DNA of 64,000 nucleotides from the human T2T-CHM13v2.0 reference genome, Homo sapiens. How positions within the stretch are numbered: the stretch's first letter is position 1; each line of letters starts with the position of its first letter. A program made the position numbers and the translations under genes. The DNA lies in assembly GCF_009914755.1 (NCBI RefSeq), contig NC_060938.1; one strand, written 5' to 3'. This document shows positions 28,151 through 42,343 of the stretch, piece after piece. The notes under the pieces are model-generated. The model saw only the letters and a program-made list of their open reading frames with translations. It was not told where the DNA came from and made no database searches.

Positions 28151-28863
28151 TGTTCCCTGATAAAAAGGATTAAACCCTCTTAAAATGAATCAAGCCATCA
28201 GAGAGGACTAGAGAAAAGGCAGAGACAAGTAAACCAGAGTGATATGGAATAATGATCTTAGTGAGAATTTTGAATCTATCCAGGCCTCTGCCCAAAACTT
28301 TTCCTGACCTATTAAGTCAAGGCCTGGCTTATGTCTATGTCTATATCTAATCTGCCACTCCTGACTGCTCAAGGCCTAATCTCTCAGAAGTAAAATGCAG
28401 CTGATAACACAGCATCTAGTTTAGCTTTAGTGTGGGCTGACCTCAGATAATCTCAATACCTGCTTTCTAATACCTACTTCTACCTGATCCCAGCCCAAGC
28501 AAATGTTGACACCAGCTATTCCCTGAGCCTCTGGGCCAGTAGCCAAGAAGCCAAGGACAGCTAATGCTTAGCACCTGGTTACAGATGCCTCGGAAGAAAG
28601 AAAGGTTTTAACTTCATTTTTCTCAGATTTTTCAAATCTTATCTCACCTATGAATCCTCTTTGCATTTTTCACCAATATTCTGTGGAACTGTGGTTCTAA
28701 GAAATATAGTTGGAAATATACAGTCTTAAGGTACCCTTTCATTTTGATTAAAATTGCTCTGTTCTCTAATCACTCTTGTGAATCTTAACCTCACACAGTC
28801 TATAGGTTACTTTTTTATTTGTCTTTTGCCAACTTGTGCTCATTATGATTTGATTTCAGTACA

Positions 28864-29608
28864 CGTCTTAAGTCTGTTTTCTGTTTATAATAGCACACCT
28901 GTAACTGGTAATTTATAAATGAAAGTAATTTATTTCTCATAGTTATGGAGGCTCAGAAGTCCAAGGTCTAGTGATTGCATTTGTTGAGGGACTTCTTGAT
29001 GGTGGGGACTCTTTGCAGAGTCCCAAGGCAGCACAGGACATCACATGGCGAGGAGGTTGAGCTTGTTAGCTCAGGCCTCTCTTCCTCCTCTTATAAGGCC
29101 AACAGTTCCACTCCATGAAAACACATTAATTCATTAACTCATTAGTTGATTCATTCATTAATCCATTAATACAGTAATCCCTATGACCACAGCCCTCATG
29201 ATCCAGTCACTTTGTTTTTTTTTTTGAGATGGAGTCTCGCTCTGTCCTCTGTCACCCAGGCTGGTGCAGTGGCACCATCTCAGCTCACTGCAAGCTCCAC
29301 CTCCTGGGTTCATGCCATTCTCCTGACTCAGCCTCCTGAGTAGCTGGGACTACAGGCGCCCTCCACCACACCCAGCTAATTTTTTGTGTTTTTAGTAGAG
29401 ACGGGGTTTCGTGTTAGCCAGAATGGTCTCGATCTCCTGACCTTGTCATCCGCCCGCCTCAGCCTCCCAAAGCACTGGATTATAGGCATGAGCCACCACA
29501 CCCAGCCAATCCAGTCACCTTTTAAAGGCCCCCACCTTACAGTACTGCCACACTGGGGACTAAGTTTAATATGAGATTTGAAGGGGGCAAACATTCAAAC
29601 CATAGTGC
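28864..29608 (-). mobile_element. MSTC-like solo LTR interrupted by an Alu
   Basis: GGTGGGGACTCTTTGCAGAGTCCCAAGG, repeated CATTAAT block, CAAACATTCAAACCATAG end. Confidence 0.85.
29211..29507 (-). mobile_element. AluY inside the MSTC LTR
   Basis: GCAAGCTCC and CCATTCTCCTG diagnostics; TSD ATCCAGTCAC on both sides. Confidence 0.9.
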
Positions 29609-30168
29609 CATGCACTCATTATGTTGTCTCCACTGGTTCCATGGATTACAGTAATATTCAGTCTCATCACTGCTTTTCCAGATGAACATCCTAGCACAGA
29701 ACAGGTGCCACTTTACATGCCACACACTTACACCATCTCTCTTCAGCTAATTTTTTGCCTGTTCGTGTCTCACTTGTGTCTAACTCTGAGATGAAGGAGA
29801 GTTGGAGGCAATTAGTGCTTCACTACTTAATCACTTTGGCTTAGTAATGGTTAACCAGGAAATGTTCACATTAAAATACAGCTAAATACTAAGTGCTTTT
29901 CTGAGATGAATGAGCTACTTGTGCCTCAAGAGAAGAAAAAGCAAATACTATTGGTTTTTTGAAATAATTTTCAGCAGTTTCAGCATTTCTTATTTATGAA
30001 TCAGATAGAAATAGCTAAAATGTACTCATTTATTAGGTATTTTGGAATGCAAGGTTTTTCTCTCTCCTAATCTAAGTTCATTTGGTTTAGATGGGGTAGC
30101 TACTTGGGTATGTAACACAGACAGCCAAAACATAACTTTGTACCCTCCCAACCTCCCAATTACACTAG

Positions 30169-30522
<354 letters not shown>

Positions 30523-32749
30523 TGAATGGTTTAGCTGTGTCCCCACTCAAATCTCATCTTGAATTCCCATGTGTTGTGGGAGGGACCTAGTCAGAGGTAA
30601 TTGAATCATGGGGCAGGTCTTTCCCATGTTGTTCCCTGATAGTGAATAAGTCTCATGAGATCTGATGATTTTATAAGAAGGACTCTCCCTGCACAAGCTC
30701 TTTCTTTGCCTACTGCCATCCATGTAAAATGTGACTTGCTCCTCCTTGCCTTCCAGAGGCCTTCCCAGCCATTTGGAACTGTAAGTCCATTAAACCTCTC
30801 TTTATTTTGTGAATCATCCAGTTTCAGGTATGTCTTTATCAGGAGTGTGAAGCAGACTAATACAGTAAATTGGTACCAGTAGAGTTGGGTGCTACTTTAA
30901 AGATACCCACAAATGTGGAAGCGACTTTGGAACTGGGTAACAGGCAGAGATAGGAATAGTTTGGAGGACTCAGAAGAAGATTGGAAAATATGGGAAAGTT
31001 TGGAACTCCATAGAGACTTGTTGAATGGCTTTGACCAAAATGCTGATAATTATATGGACAGTGGAATCCAGGCTGAGATGGTCTCAGATGGAAATGAAGA
31101 ACTTGTTGGGAACTGGAGCAAAGGTGATTCTGACTACGTTTTAATGCAGAGACTGGTAGCATTTTGCCCCTGTCCTAGGGATTTGTGGAACTTTGAATTT
31201 GAGAGAGAAGATTCAGGGTATATGGAGGAAGAAATCTCTAAGCAGCAAAGTATTCAAGAGGTGACTTTGGTGCTGTTGAAGGCATTCAGTTTTATAAGGG
31301 AAGGACAGCATAAAAGTTCAGAAAATTTGCAGCCTGACAGTGTGATAGAAAAGAAAATTCCATTTTCTGAGGAGAAATTCAAGCAGGCTGCAGAAATTTG
31401 CATAGCTGGATGTTAATTTCCAAGACAATGGGAAAAATGTCTCCAGGGCATATTAGATGTCTCCATTGCAGCCCCTCCCATCACAAGCACAGAGGCCCAG
31501 GAGGAAAAAATGGTTTTGTGGGCTGGACCTAGCGTCCCTGTGCTGTGTGCAGCCTAGGAACTTGGTGCCTTGTGTCCCAGCAACTTCACCTGTGACTAAA
31601 AGGGTCCAAGGCACAGCTTGGGCTCTTGCTTCAGAGGGTGCAAGCCCCAAGCCTTGGAAGCTTCCATGTGGTATTGAGCTTGTGGGTGCATGGACGTCAA
31701 GAATTGAGGTTTGGGAACCTCTGCCTAGATTTCAGAGGATGTATGGATATGACTGGATGCAGAGGCAGAAGTTTGCTGCAGAGGCAGGGCCCTCATGGAG
31801 AACCTCTGCTAGGGCAGTGCAGAAGGGAAATGTGAGATCAGAGTCTCTACTTGGGTACTGCCTAGTGGAGCTGTGAGAAGAGGGCCACTGTTCTCCAGAC
31901 CCCAGAATGGTAGATCCACCTATAGCTTGCACTGTGTGCCTGGAAAAGCCACAGACACTCAACAGTGGCCCATGAAAGCAGCTGGGAGGGAGGCTGTACC
32001 CTGAAGAGCCACAGGGGCAGAGTTGCCCAGGACCATGGGAACTCCCTCTTACATCAGCATGACCTGGGTATGATACATGAGTCAAAGGAGATCATTTTGG
32101 AGCTTTAAGATTTGACTGTCCTGCTAGATTTAGGACTTGTAAGGGGCCAGTAGCCCCTTTATTTTAGCCAAGTTCTCCCATTTGGAATCATTGTATTTAC
32201 CCAATGCCTGTATCCCCATGGTGTCTATTAAGTAACTAACTTGCTTTTGATTTTACAGACAAGGGATTTGCCTTGTCTCAGATGAGATGTTGGACTTTTT
32301 TGAGTGAATGCTGAAATGAGTTAAGACTTTGGGGGACTGTTGGGAAGGCATGATTGGTTTTGAAATGTGAGAACATAAAATTTGTGGGGCCAGGGATGGA
32401 ATCATATAGTTTGGCTGTGTCCCCACCCACAAATCTCATCTTGAATTCCCACATGTTGTGGGAAGGACCTGGTGGGAGGTAATAGAATCATGGGGGCAGG
32501 TCTTTCCCATGCTGTTCTCATGACAGTGAATAAGTCTCACAAGATCTGATGGTTTTATAAGGGAAAGTTTCCCTGCACAATCTCTCTCTTTGCCTGCTGC
32601 CATCCATGTGACTTCTTCCTCCTTGCCTTCCACCATGATTTTGAGGCCTCTCCATCCACATCGACTGTAAGTCCATTAAACCTCTTTCTTTTGTAAATTG
32701 CCCAGTCTCAGGTATGTCTTTAGCAGCATCATGAAAATGAACTAATACA
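30523..32749 (+). mobile_element. Complete THE1B MaLR provirus (5' LTR 30523-30864, internal 30865-32401, 3' LTR 32402-32749)
   Basis: Two homologous LTRs ending ACTAATACA; internal start GTAAATTGGTACCAG; perfect 5-bp TSD GAAGC at 30518-30522 and 32750-32754; the ORF at 30913-31416 is the decayed MaLR internal ORF. Confidence 0.95.
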
Positions 32750-34699
32750 GAAGCTATACCAATGAGGGCCAGTCCAGCCCTGGGATTTTGCTGGGAACTG
32801 TTTCAAAATAAATGCTCTCTCTTGTTGGAGTTGATCAAATGAGAGACATACGTAATGGATAGTGCTTGTATTGACACCATGAGAGAGCCTGCACCAACAC
32901 AAAGACAATCTTGGGCAGAGGGTATAGCCAGGAGATCGAGTTTCAAAGATGTTGTTTGAACCTCTGTATCATGCCATACCTCACAAGAACTACCTTCCTT
33001 CAGCCTTCAACTAATTACTTTTTGTCACTCACAAATAAAAGTGCCTAGCTGTACAACTGCTAATGTGTACATTTAGAATAAATCACTTGAAATACAAAGC
33101 ACAGAATAATGAGGCAAAACATTTTAAAACAGGAAAACTAGCAATACTTACATGTAAAGTACCTTCTAAATAGTCCTTTTAGAGTTCTTACCCTTTATAT
33201 CAGAGTTCTTGGATTATATTACCCGTCATCATATACATGCCATTAGAAAATCTGTATATTTTAATAAGCAAGGACTCTCACATATCTTTGAGACCCTCCT
33301 TTATGCATCAAAATGATTGTGCTGGATGTTATAGCCAGAAGATAACTTTTTTGAATGATCAATAGAATGCTATGATTAAGTGATGGGAGTTACCCAATTA
33401 AATTTGTTATTTTGGATAAATTTTAGAGAGGAAAATATTCATATAATGAGCAGCGGCATTTCAAAAATGAAAACACTAAAATTGGACATTTCTAAGCATT
33501 TTGTTCAAATTTAGGTTGATATATTTATTCTATTTATCATTGTATTATTTTATTATTACTTAACTTGTTAAATTATTATATTTCTTTAGGAAAATGATAA
33601 ATTATCATCAAACTTGCTATAAAACTCCTTTTGCTACCTATCACATGAATCTACAGTTATTAAAAATATTCTGTCCTGGAGAAAGTTAATTTACTGTACT
33701 TCGTATTGTTGTCTTTTGAAGGAAAATACTTATTGTCACTCAAATGTGCAAAACAATCTGCTTTAATTGTGAGCCAAATATGAGACCCAAACTTTCCTAT
33801 ACTCCTTGTATGTATGAGCCACCAGTACTATAAGTATGTGTTAAGTCTGTTTTCCCTGGAAATTTCTGATTGTAAATATGTGGACCAAATAGCAGATCTA
33901 GATGGATAACTCATAAAATGCCAGAGAAGTGTTTAGGTTGGAGACAGGAAGTTATGTGATAATTGTGGGAGGAGATTATAATTTAAAAGATGTATTGCTT
34001 ATACTACACCAATAATTTAGTAGTCTTAAAGAAGCAGAATATAAATTAAATAGAATATCATAGAGAGAACTATACAAAGCTAGGCAGAGCTGCAGGTGAC
34101 AGCAAAGAGATACACACGCCCACACATCTATAAGTGAGCAAAATCACATTTCATTCTGTTTCCTATTTTAACTCCCTTTATTCCTGCTCATTTTGCTCAC
34201 TGATTTAAAAAATGAAATACAAATGATATTCCAATTCCTGAGTGCAATTGTGTTAAAAAAATTCTGAAAAATATTAAAAGGAAAACACCTAACTCTTGAA
34301 AAAGTACATCAAGGCATGAGTTTGTCGTCCTCACTATCGTCATCATTATCATCATTGCTGTCATCATCATGACCAATCATCATCAGTCATCTTGCTCAAT
34401 GAGTATGCATTTGGCTACATGACAAATGTCAGATGCTTCAGGTTGCTAAATGGGAATAAAAATGCAGTAAGGTAAAGGGATTACAGAAGCATTTTTTTCT
34501 TGAATTAATTTTATCTAATATTAATCTAAAATAATATATTCTAATGGACATCAATGACTTAGGTTTTGTCAGACATTAAGAAGGCATAATTTACAGACTT
34601 TTCTTTGTCATTGTCTTTTGTAAGAGTCACACCCATAAACATAATAACTTCACAACTGTTATATGCAAGATGTTTCTCCCTCTCTACTAGTCAAATATA

Positions 34700-35000
34700 C
34701 ACAAACTAAACAACATTGGAATTTATTTTAGGCTGACAGGCATCAAGTTGACAGCGGTGTTGGAAAGACTTGATGGAACATACATTTTCATTTACTACTG
34801 GTAGGAGTAAAAATGTCTACCTTTTCTGAGTAGTAATCTGAAATTATTTATCAATGTTACAATGGACATACTCGTTGATCTAGCAATTCCACTTCTAGAA
34901 AAAGATAAAAGCATAATGGGTACAAGCAAGAAATTTATTGCATCATTTTTTGTGACTGGAAAACAAAAGGAAGGAAAAGCAGTCTCCATGTTACCAAATC
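34700..35000 (+). mobile_element. L1ME-like fragment
   Basis: TTGATCTAGCAATTCCACTTCTAG and ACTGGTAGGAGTAAAAAT motifs. Confidence 0.55.
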
Positions 35001-35439
35001 CAATGAATATCATTATGCGCTCATCATACTTGACTCCTCAGAGGTGTTCAACACTGTTGTCATCAAAATGGTTACTTTAATTGTGTTATCCCACCACCCT
35101 CTTTGGCTACTCTTTCTGTCTCCTTTGTGGGTAATCTTTATCCAGTTGAGAGGCTCTGGAGCCAGACTATCTGCTCTTCCACTTTCTAGACACATGATCT
35201 TCAGCAAAACACTCATGCCCCTCTGAGGCATAATTTCTACATTGCAAAAAGTGTATAGAAGTGCCTGGCTTCATAAATATAAGCTATATTATCAGTATTT
35301 CAAATATTAAGGTGTATGAATTTTCTAAGAAAATTTTAGGCCTTTTTCTCTTTGTATACTTTACCTCCTGTAAAATCTCATCATATTTATGAATTCGGGT
35401 TTTGCATACTTGAACTATTTCTATCTCTAGGCGAGTTAT

Positions 35440-35686
35440 AGAAGGGACTCGAGGGGAGGTAATTGAGTCATGGAGGTAGATCTTTCCCGTGCTGTTTCCA
35501 AGATAGTGAGTAAGTCTCAGGAGACCTGATGGTTTTATAAGGGGGAATTTCCCTGCACAAGCTCTCTCTTTGCCTGCTGCTATCCATGTAAAATGTGACT
35601 TGCTCCTCCTTGCCTTCCACTATGATTGTGAGACCTCTCCAGCCACAGGTATGTCTTTATCAGCAGAATGAAAAGAAACTAATGTA
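35440..35686 (+). mobile_element. Partial THE1B LTR with 5' truncation and internal deletion
   Basis: Aligns by eye to the 30523 and 32402 LTRs; lacks the segment between CCAGCCAC and AGGTATGTC. Confidence 0.88.
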
Positions 35687-35859
35687 CTCACATATCCAAC
35701 CTCCTACTTAATGTTTCCACTTGCTTGTTGGGATGATACTTCAAGGGCTACCTATCCAATCTGAACAAAATCTACTCTCTGTCCTCAGCCAGCCCTTCCC
35801 ATATATGATTCTTTTCTAGGTTGATCTATCACAGTGCATATGATCACCATTTGTGTGAG

Positions 35860-36430
35860 AGACACTTGAATTCACTACATGCAACAGTGCAAAAGGGCTA
35901 AGCACTTGGATTAGATTTGAAATCCATACATGGAATTGATGGCATCCTCAGAGAGAGTAAGTTGAAAATAATTCAAGGTGAAACTATTTACAATGAAATG
36001 GCCATAGACTGGGATAATGCAATTCCGAGACCTAGTATATCACCCCTAGGCCTAAAGGGGGTAATAGAAAAGAGCATGTGCCAGATCCAGAAGAAGGGAA
36101 GGGGAGAGGGCCACCAATAGGCATTATGACGTTTGGTTAAGTGATGCAGTCAGTCGGTTCACAATCACCTATGGGGAGAAAATTGAGTAAAATGCAAATA
36201 AGAATAATGAATATGAATGAAATATAATGAATATAATGAAAATGAATTATAAAAGGAAAAAAATGAATGCTCTGGCCTCACTCTCTTCCCTCCCTGCAGT
36301 CCCCTACCAGTGCTTCTCATTGGTTAAATTCAAATCAAAACAAGAGGGCAGGATAATTTATTTCTGTAGTCTCTACAGAACAACCTCCAGGGGAGCAGGA
36401 AGGGAGAGAGAGGGTGGAAATTGATATAGA
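35860..36430 (-). mobile_element. Old MaLR LTR (MLT1K/L-like)
   Basis: CCAGTGCTTCTCATTGGTTAAATTCAAATCAAAACAAGAGGGCAG block; heavily diverged. Confidence 0.45.
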
Positions 36431-36682
36431 AAAAAGTATATGTTTTTAGCACAATCCTCATGTCCCTATTACCGAACACACTTCCAAAAACATTTTCAGT
36501 TGAATGAGTAAAAGAAGTAGCACATTCCTTATGGACACTGATTTTCTTTTTTAAAATCTCCATTACTGCATCTTTTACTCTTTGTTCAAGATACTATCTG
36601 CTTTGTCCTTGATTATTTCAAATGCTTCCTAACAGATCTTTCTGCTGTTCCTGCATGTACTCGGGAATTCTTTCTTTCTGCA

Positions 36683-36717
<35 letters not shown>

Positions 36718-36789
36718 TCCTCTTCCCCAGGGAGTGACATTTTCAAAATGCAAATCAAATTTTGATACCTCTTTGTCTAATATTTTCCA

Positions 36790-37379
36790 TTGCTTTTAGT
36801 TTTCTATTACTGCAGGCGATTACCAAAAACTTTATGACTTAAAATGACACCAATTTATTATCTTAGAGTTTTATAGGTCAGTAGTCCAAGTAAACTCAAC
36901 TGAGTTTTCTGCTCAATATCTCAGGAGGCCAAAACAAAGGAGTCTTCCAGCTAAAATCTTATCTGGAGACTCTGGGAAAGAATTCATTTCCAGGCTCATT
37001 TCTGTTTGGGGCAGAATTTCATTTCATCAGGTTTAGGACTAAAGTCCCTGCTGCTTTGCTGGCTGTCAGCCAGGGGTTGCTTTTAGCTTCCAGAGACCAC
37101 CTAGACTCTAGGATGAGGACCCTTTCACCTTTGAAAGAAGGAATGATGCATTGAGTCACTCTCATGCTGCAAATCTCTCTTTTTTTTCTACTACCAGCTA
37201 GAAAAAACTCTAAAAGCCCTAATGTGATTAAGTTTGGTTCACCTTTTTGCCAAGTTAAGTAACATAATTCTGGGGAAGTGATATCTCATCATGTTTAGAG
37301 GCTCCTCAGACACTCAAGTGAGAGGGAGTTAACAACAGAGAGGGTCATTGGGTGTCATTCCTAGGATTCATTTACAACA
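36790..37379 (-). mobile_element. MLT1E-like solo LTR
   Basis: TTAGTTTTCTATTACTGC...CTTATCTGGAGACTCTGGGAAAGAATTCATTTCCAGGCTCATT...CTTTGCTGGCTGTCAGCCAGGGG. Confidence 0.8.
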
Positions 37380-38307
37380 TTGTTCTCATGATAAAGACCA
37401 AAGTTCTTATCTCCTTGTTGATCTTCCCTTTTCCATCTCTCCAGCCTCATTTCATGTCATATTTCCCATTTTTTATGTGTATTTGACACACATGCCGGCT
37501 TTCTCAGGGCAACTGCTGGCTCTTAGCCTCTCAAATATTAATTCCATGGGACAGCAATTGCTAATATCTCCCTATTGCTCAAACTTCCTCACCTCCAAAC
37601 TCCTCAGAGTACAGTCAATAATGCTGAAATATATGTATCTGGTGTTTGTACAGAGAAAGTGGTTTAGAATAATATGTTCAAAAATGCTAGAGATTATCTG
37701 TGTAGTGGGTTTGTTCACAATGTATAATTGGAGTTCCAAGCTTCCCATATGTCTGATATGTGTTATAAGTATAAATTACCTTTATCATCAGTTAAAACTC
37801 ATTTTATTTTAAAGTTTATAACAATAATGGAAAATACAACAAATGTTTCAAATATATTGTCTACACCTGAATCAGCAGTAATTAGATATATACTATGACA
37901 TTATTATTATTTATATTTCTCAACTATTATAAAGTTCAATGATACGCACAGAGTAGAAGTTAATAAGTTAATGTTGATAAGCCATACAAATTCCAGTCAC
38001 TCTAAGTAAATGGTAGAAATGTTTTTCCTTCATTATGTTAACTACAAAATCATCCCTTTATAATTTCTTCTGACCTAAATTTTAAACTTAAATATTAACT
38101 TAAATCAGTTAAGTTCATGGTATCTTAAAACTCATTACAAATGTAAACATATATTTGAAATTTCAGTGAGGTCTATTTCATGGTTTTATGTACCTATGTG
38201 GAGCTTACTATAGATGATGACATAAATATTAACTGACATAGAACATTTAAAATTAAATAAAACCTGTAGATATTCTGTCATATCACATTATTCAACAAAG
38301 TTTTCTG

Positions 38308-38577
38308 GTTGCGGTGAAAAGGGAACACTTTTACACTGCTGGTTAGAATGTAAACTAGTGCAATCACTATGGAAAACAGTGTGGAGATTCCTTAAAGAAC
38401 TAAAAGTAGAACTACCATTTGATCCAGCAATCCTACTATTGTGTGCCTACCCAGAGGAAAAGAATTCATTATACAAAAAAAGATACTTGCACAAATGATT
38501 ATAGCAGCACAATTCACAGTTGCAAAAATATGGAATCAGCCCAAAAGCCCATCAATCAATGAGTGGATAATGAAATA

Positions 38578-38636
<59 letters not shown>

Positions 38637-39022
38637 GTATATATATATAATTTCATGTGCATATATAATTTCATATATATATATGAAATTATGGCATTCA
38701 CAGCAACCTGAATGGAATTGGAGACCATTATTTTAAGTAAAGTAACCCAGAAATGGAAAACCAAATATCATATGTTCTCACTCATAAGTGGGAGCTAAGC
38801 AATGAGGATGCAAAAGCATAAAAATGATACAATGGACTTTGGGAACTTGGGGGAAATGTTGGGAGGGGTGTGAGGGGTAAAAGACTACAAATTAGGTACA
38901 GTGAACACTTCTCGGGTGATGGGTGCACCAAAATCTCACAAATCACCACTGAAGAACTTACTCATGAACCAAACACCACCTGTTTCCCCAAAACCTAAGG
39001 AAATTTTTAAAAATCATAAAAA
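38308..39022 (+). mobile_element. L1PB1-like 3' fragment containing a (TA)n tract (38581-38682)
   Basis: GGTGAAAAGGGAACACTTTTACACTGCTGG and GGGTGATGGGTGCACCAAAATCTCACAAATCACCACT. Confidence 0.88.
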
Positions 39023-40981
39023 ATTCCTCTTATGTTACTGCATAATTAATACATAGACAACTTTTTCCTTTGAAGAATTATATAATAAACAGAAGACCTT
39101 TCTCACAGCATGAGAAAAAGAAATGAGGGGCAGGAGGAAAAAGCAACAATTTTAGTTTCTCATTTCTTTATTAGACACATTACATATCCATAATAGAAAA
39201 CTGCAGCACAAGCAAAATGTATCTCAACTGCTGGATCTAATGTGAAAGAACTAAGAGGGAAAACAAATGAAATTTTAAATACTCAGTAAAATGTGATGGA
39301 TTCCTGACATACGTGACATGTGCTTATTTATAAATCAGAATGAAGTTTGAATAATATTTTCTTTGAAAGGACAACGAATTGTTACTACTTTGTATTTTGA
39401 CCCTAAATAACACCCCACCCCCACCTCTTTCTCTCTCACTCTCTCTCTCTCAAACACACACATACGTGCACACACACACACGTGCACACACACACACACT
39501 CTAGAGGTGAAGTGGGGAGAAAAGAAAGAAAACAGGATAACTCACCTTAATGTCCTGTTCTCAGATTTCAAATTAAGGAAACATTTATCAAGTGCCTCCA
39601 ATGTACTAGAAATTGAGCTAGTCTCTGGATATGTCATAGTGATCGCAATGCCCATAGAGGTTATAGACTAGTGCTCAGCACTTGCATGTACATAAGTCAT
39701 GTTTAATCATCATGCCAACACGATCAAGTAAGTTTTCTTCCTATTCCATAGATGAATAACTAGTCAAAGTCACTTTAGCAATTAAGTGTCAGTGGTTTTC
39801 CAATTCAAATCCTCCTAAAGATACATGTTTTGAAGTTCACTTTTCTCCTGTTGATTTATTTATCATCTCAGACATGACTAACTTAAACAACATTGTTTTA
39901 AAGTTTGAAGTTTGTTCTGCTGGTTCATTCTTTTAATATGTTGTAGAGAAAATCTTTTTACTCAAAAGTCTATAGTATGGCATTTGCTTTTATTCATTCA
40001 TTTGTTTATTCTTCTTTTATGAGGCACTTATCTGGGGCAGGCTTCATATCAAGCCTAAAGGAATTAATAAGATAAGTTGCTAAAGTTTAGAAGATTACCG
40101 TGCAGAACGTGGGAAGTGAAATATACATAACCCAGATGTCAATCGTTTCTAAAGTCTGAACCAAAGTAAGATCCATTTAAACTTTATGGTGGAACATTGC
40201 TAGTTTTTTTGTTTTTTGATTTTGTTTGTTTTCTTGCTTTTTTTTTCTTTTGTTTTCGTTTTGGCCATAAAGTATTATAACGCCTCTTTTGTACATAATA
40301 TCCCAATTTCTTCTCAAGATTCATCATCTTTTCTCAGTTGTTTTAATGTCAAATGACTGTGTCTCTAGCTTTTATTGTGAGCATACAGCTCTCAGGTCAG
40401 GCCTATCAAAACATCCTCTTCATGTACACATCTTCTTGTCCAGACATAATAAGCATGCAATTCAATAAAAACCAAAGCACTTCAGTGAGACTTCTCTGGA
40501 CCTGCTGCAACAGAATGGGTAAGCTTCTCTGCTCATACTGTACGTGAGAAATGCAACACAGCCTATGCCCAGACATTTTGCAACGTTGAGGATAGAGCAA
40601 ATTCTGGAGAAATGGAAAGAGAGAAATAAGGTTCATATTTTAGTCATGTTAAGTTCAGAACTACACATGATTCTTTAATTATCACTTTATGCCAGACTTT
40701 GCCACCCTCCCTCCTCTAATATAATTTTATGTTAGCCCTTTTCCTCATCAAACAACTTATACAAGCTTTATGTATTGGCCTTTTAATGGAGTGTGAGTCT
40801 AAAATTGAGAAGGGATATATTATGGCACCATATACCATTTAATTTAAAACTGTACAGTAAACCTCATTGTTTTGTGTGTTTGTGGGCTTTTTAATTTTTA
40901 TGTCCTGCATGGCCTACTACCATGTATTTTCTTCTTCACTAAGTCATCTGTGCTTTCTCCTACCCACATTTTAATGCAGAG

Positions 40982-41165
40982 GAAGTTACCAGATAATTAA
41001 AGGGTGTTGGGTAAAATGTGAATTCAAATAAATAACAGATAACTTTGTAGTTAAAGCATGTCCAAGTTATTACATGGGACATGCTTGTGTGAATAATATT
41101 TATTTACTTGAAATTCTAATGAATTGAGAATCCTCTATTTTTATCTGTTAAGTACAACAACCCTA
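40982..41165. mobile_element. MER53 palindromic hAT-derived MITE
   Basis: GTTACCAGATAA start, CAACCCTA end, central inverted repeat AAGCATGTCC / GGACATGCTT. Confidence 0.75.
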
Positions 41166-41569
41166 ATACTAGAGCCATTTGCTGTCTCCACCCAACCCTT
41201 GCCCCGAGGATCTCAATTACCAAGTAGTTGTTTAAAATGTTTCTCTTCTTATATTATCAGAGAAATATGTATTCAAATTTCTCATTTAATTATAGAAGTA
41301 GTTATTATAATTTATGCATATTAATTTAATGTTTTATTTCCTTCTATATCTTGGCACAAAAGAGCACATTATAAATTAGTAAAGTAGATGAAGTCTACAT
41401 GTAAGTTCTCTTTTCTATTTCTCCATCCTTTGGGGCTCCTTACCCTTTTCTGCACTCCCTTTTGTTCTCCACACTCTCTAACCCTCCTAAATACAGCACA
41501 CACATTCATTCTTCATTCAGCCAGCTTGTCCAGTGTTTTTCCAACTGCTCCTTTTTTGATTATTTAAAA

Positions 41570-42303
41570 AAAAACCCCACAAAACCTAAGAAAGTCACAA
41601 CGAAAAAAGAGAACTACAGGCCAACATCCCTGAAGAACATAGATGCAACAATTTTTAACCAAATACTATTGAACCAAATCAAGCAGCATATCAACAAGTT
41701 AATTTAGCACAATCAAATAGGCTTCATTCCTGGGAGGCAAGTTTGGTTCAACATACACAAATCAATAAATATGATTCACCACATGAGCAGATTTAAAAAC
41801 AAAAAACATATGATCATCTCAATATACAAAGAAAAAGCTTTTGATCAAATTTATTCATGATAAAAATCCTCAAGAAACTAGGCACCAAAGGGACATACCT
41901 CAAAATAATAAGAGCCATTTATACAAACTCACAGCCAATTTCATACCAAATGACAAAAGCTAGAAGAATTCCCCTTGAGAAATGGAACAAAACAAGCATG
42001 CCCACTCTCACTTCTCCTATTCAGCATAGTACTGAAAGTCCTAGCCACAGCAATCTGGCAAGAGAAATAAATAAAAGGCATTCAAATAGGAAAAATAAAC
42101 ATAAATAAAAAAGTCACTCTCTTCACTATCAGAGTCTAGACCTAGAAAATCCTACAGACTCCACCAAAAGGCTCCTGGAACTGATAAACGACTTCAGTAA
42201 AGTGTCAGGACACAAAATCAAGGTACAGAAATCAGTGTCATTTCTATACACCAATAACATTCAAGCTGAGAGCGAAACCAAGAATGCAATCCCATTTACA
42301 ATA

Positions 42304-42343
<40 letters not shown>

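Larger units (their letters stand above)
35340..37510 (+). mobile_element. Fragmented L2 interrupted by three LTRs
   Basis: L2-like blocks CATATCCAACCTCCTACTT, GCTTCCTAACAGATCTTTCTGCT, TTCAAAATGCAAATC, GATAAAGACCAAA are collinear across the inserts. Confidence 0.5.

Noticed and set aside
30913-31876. 167-aa and 139-aa ORFs, and the similar minus-strand ORFs at 58520-60011
   Set aside because: Decayed MaLR internal ORF pieces shared among the THE1/MST copies; not host genes.
37348-37812. 154-aa hydrophobic ORF
   Set aside because: Starts at TTG inside an LTR end and runs through L2-like T-rich DNA; no recognisable domain.
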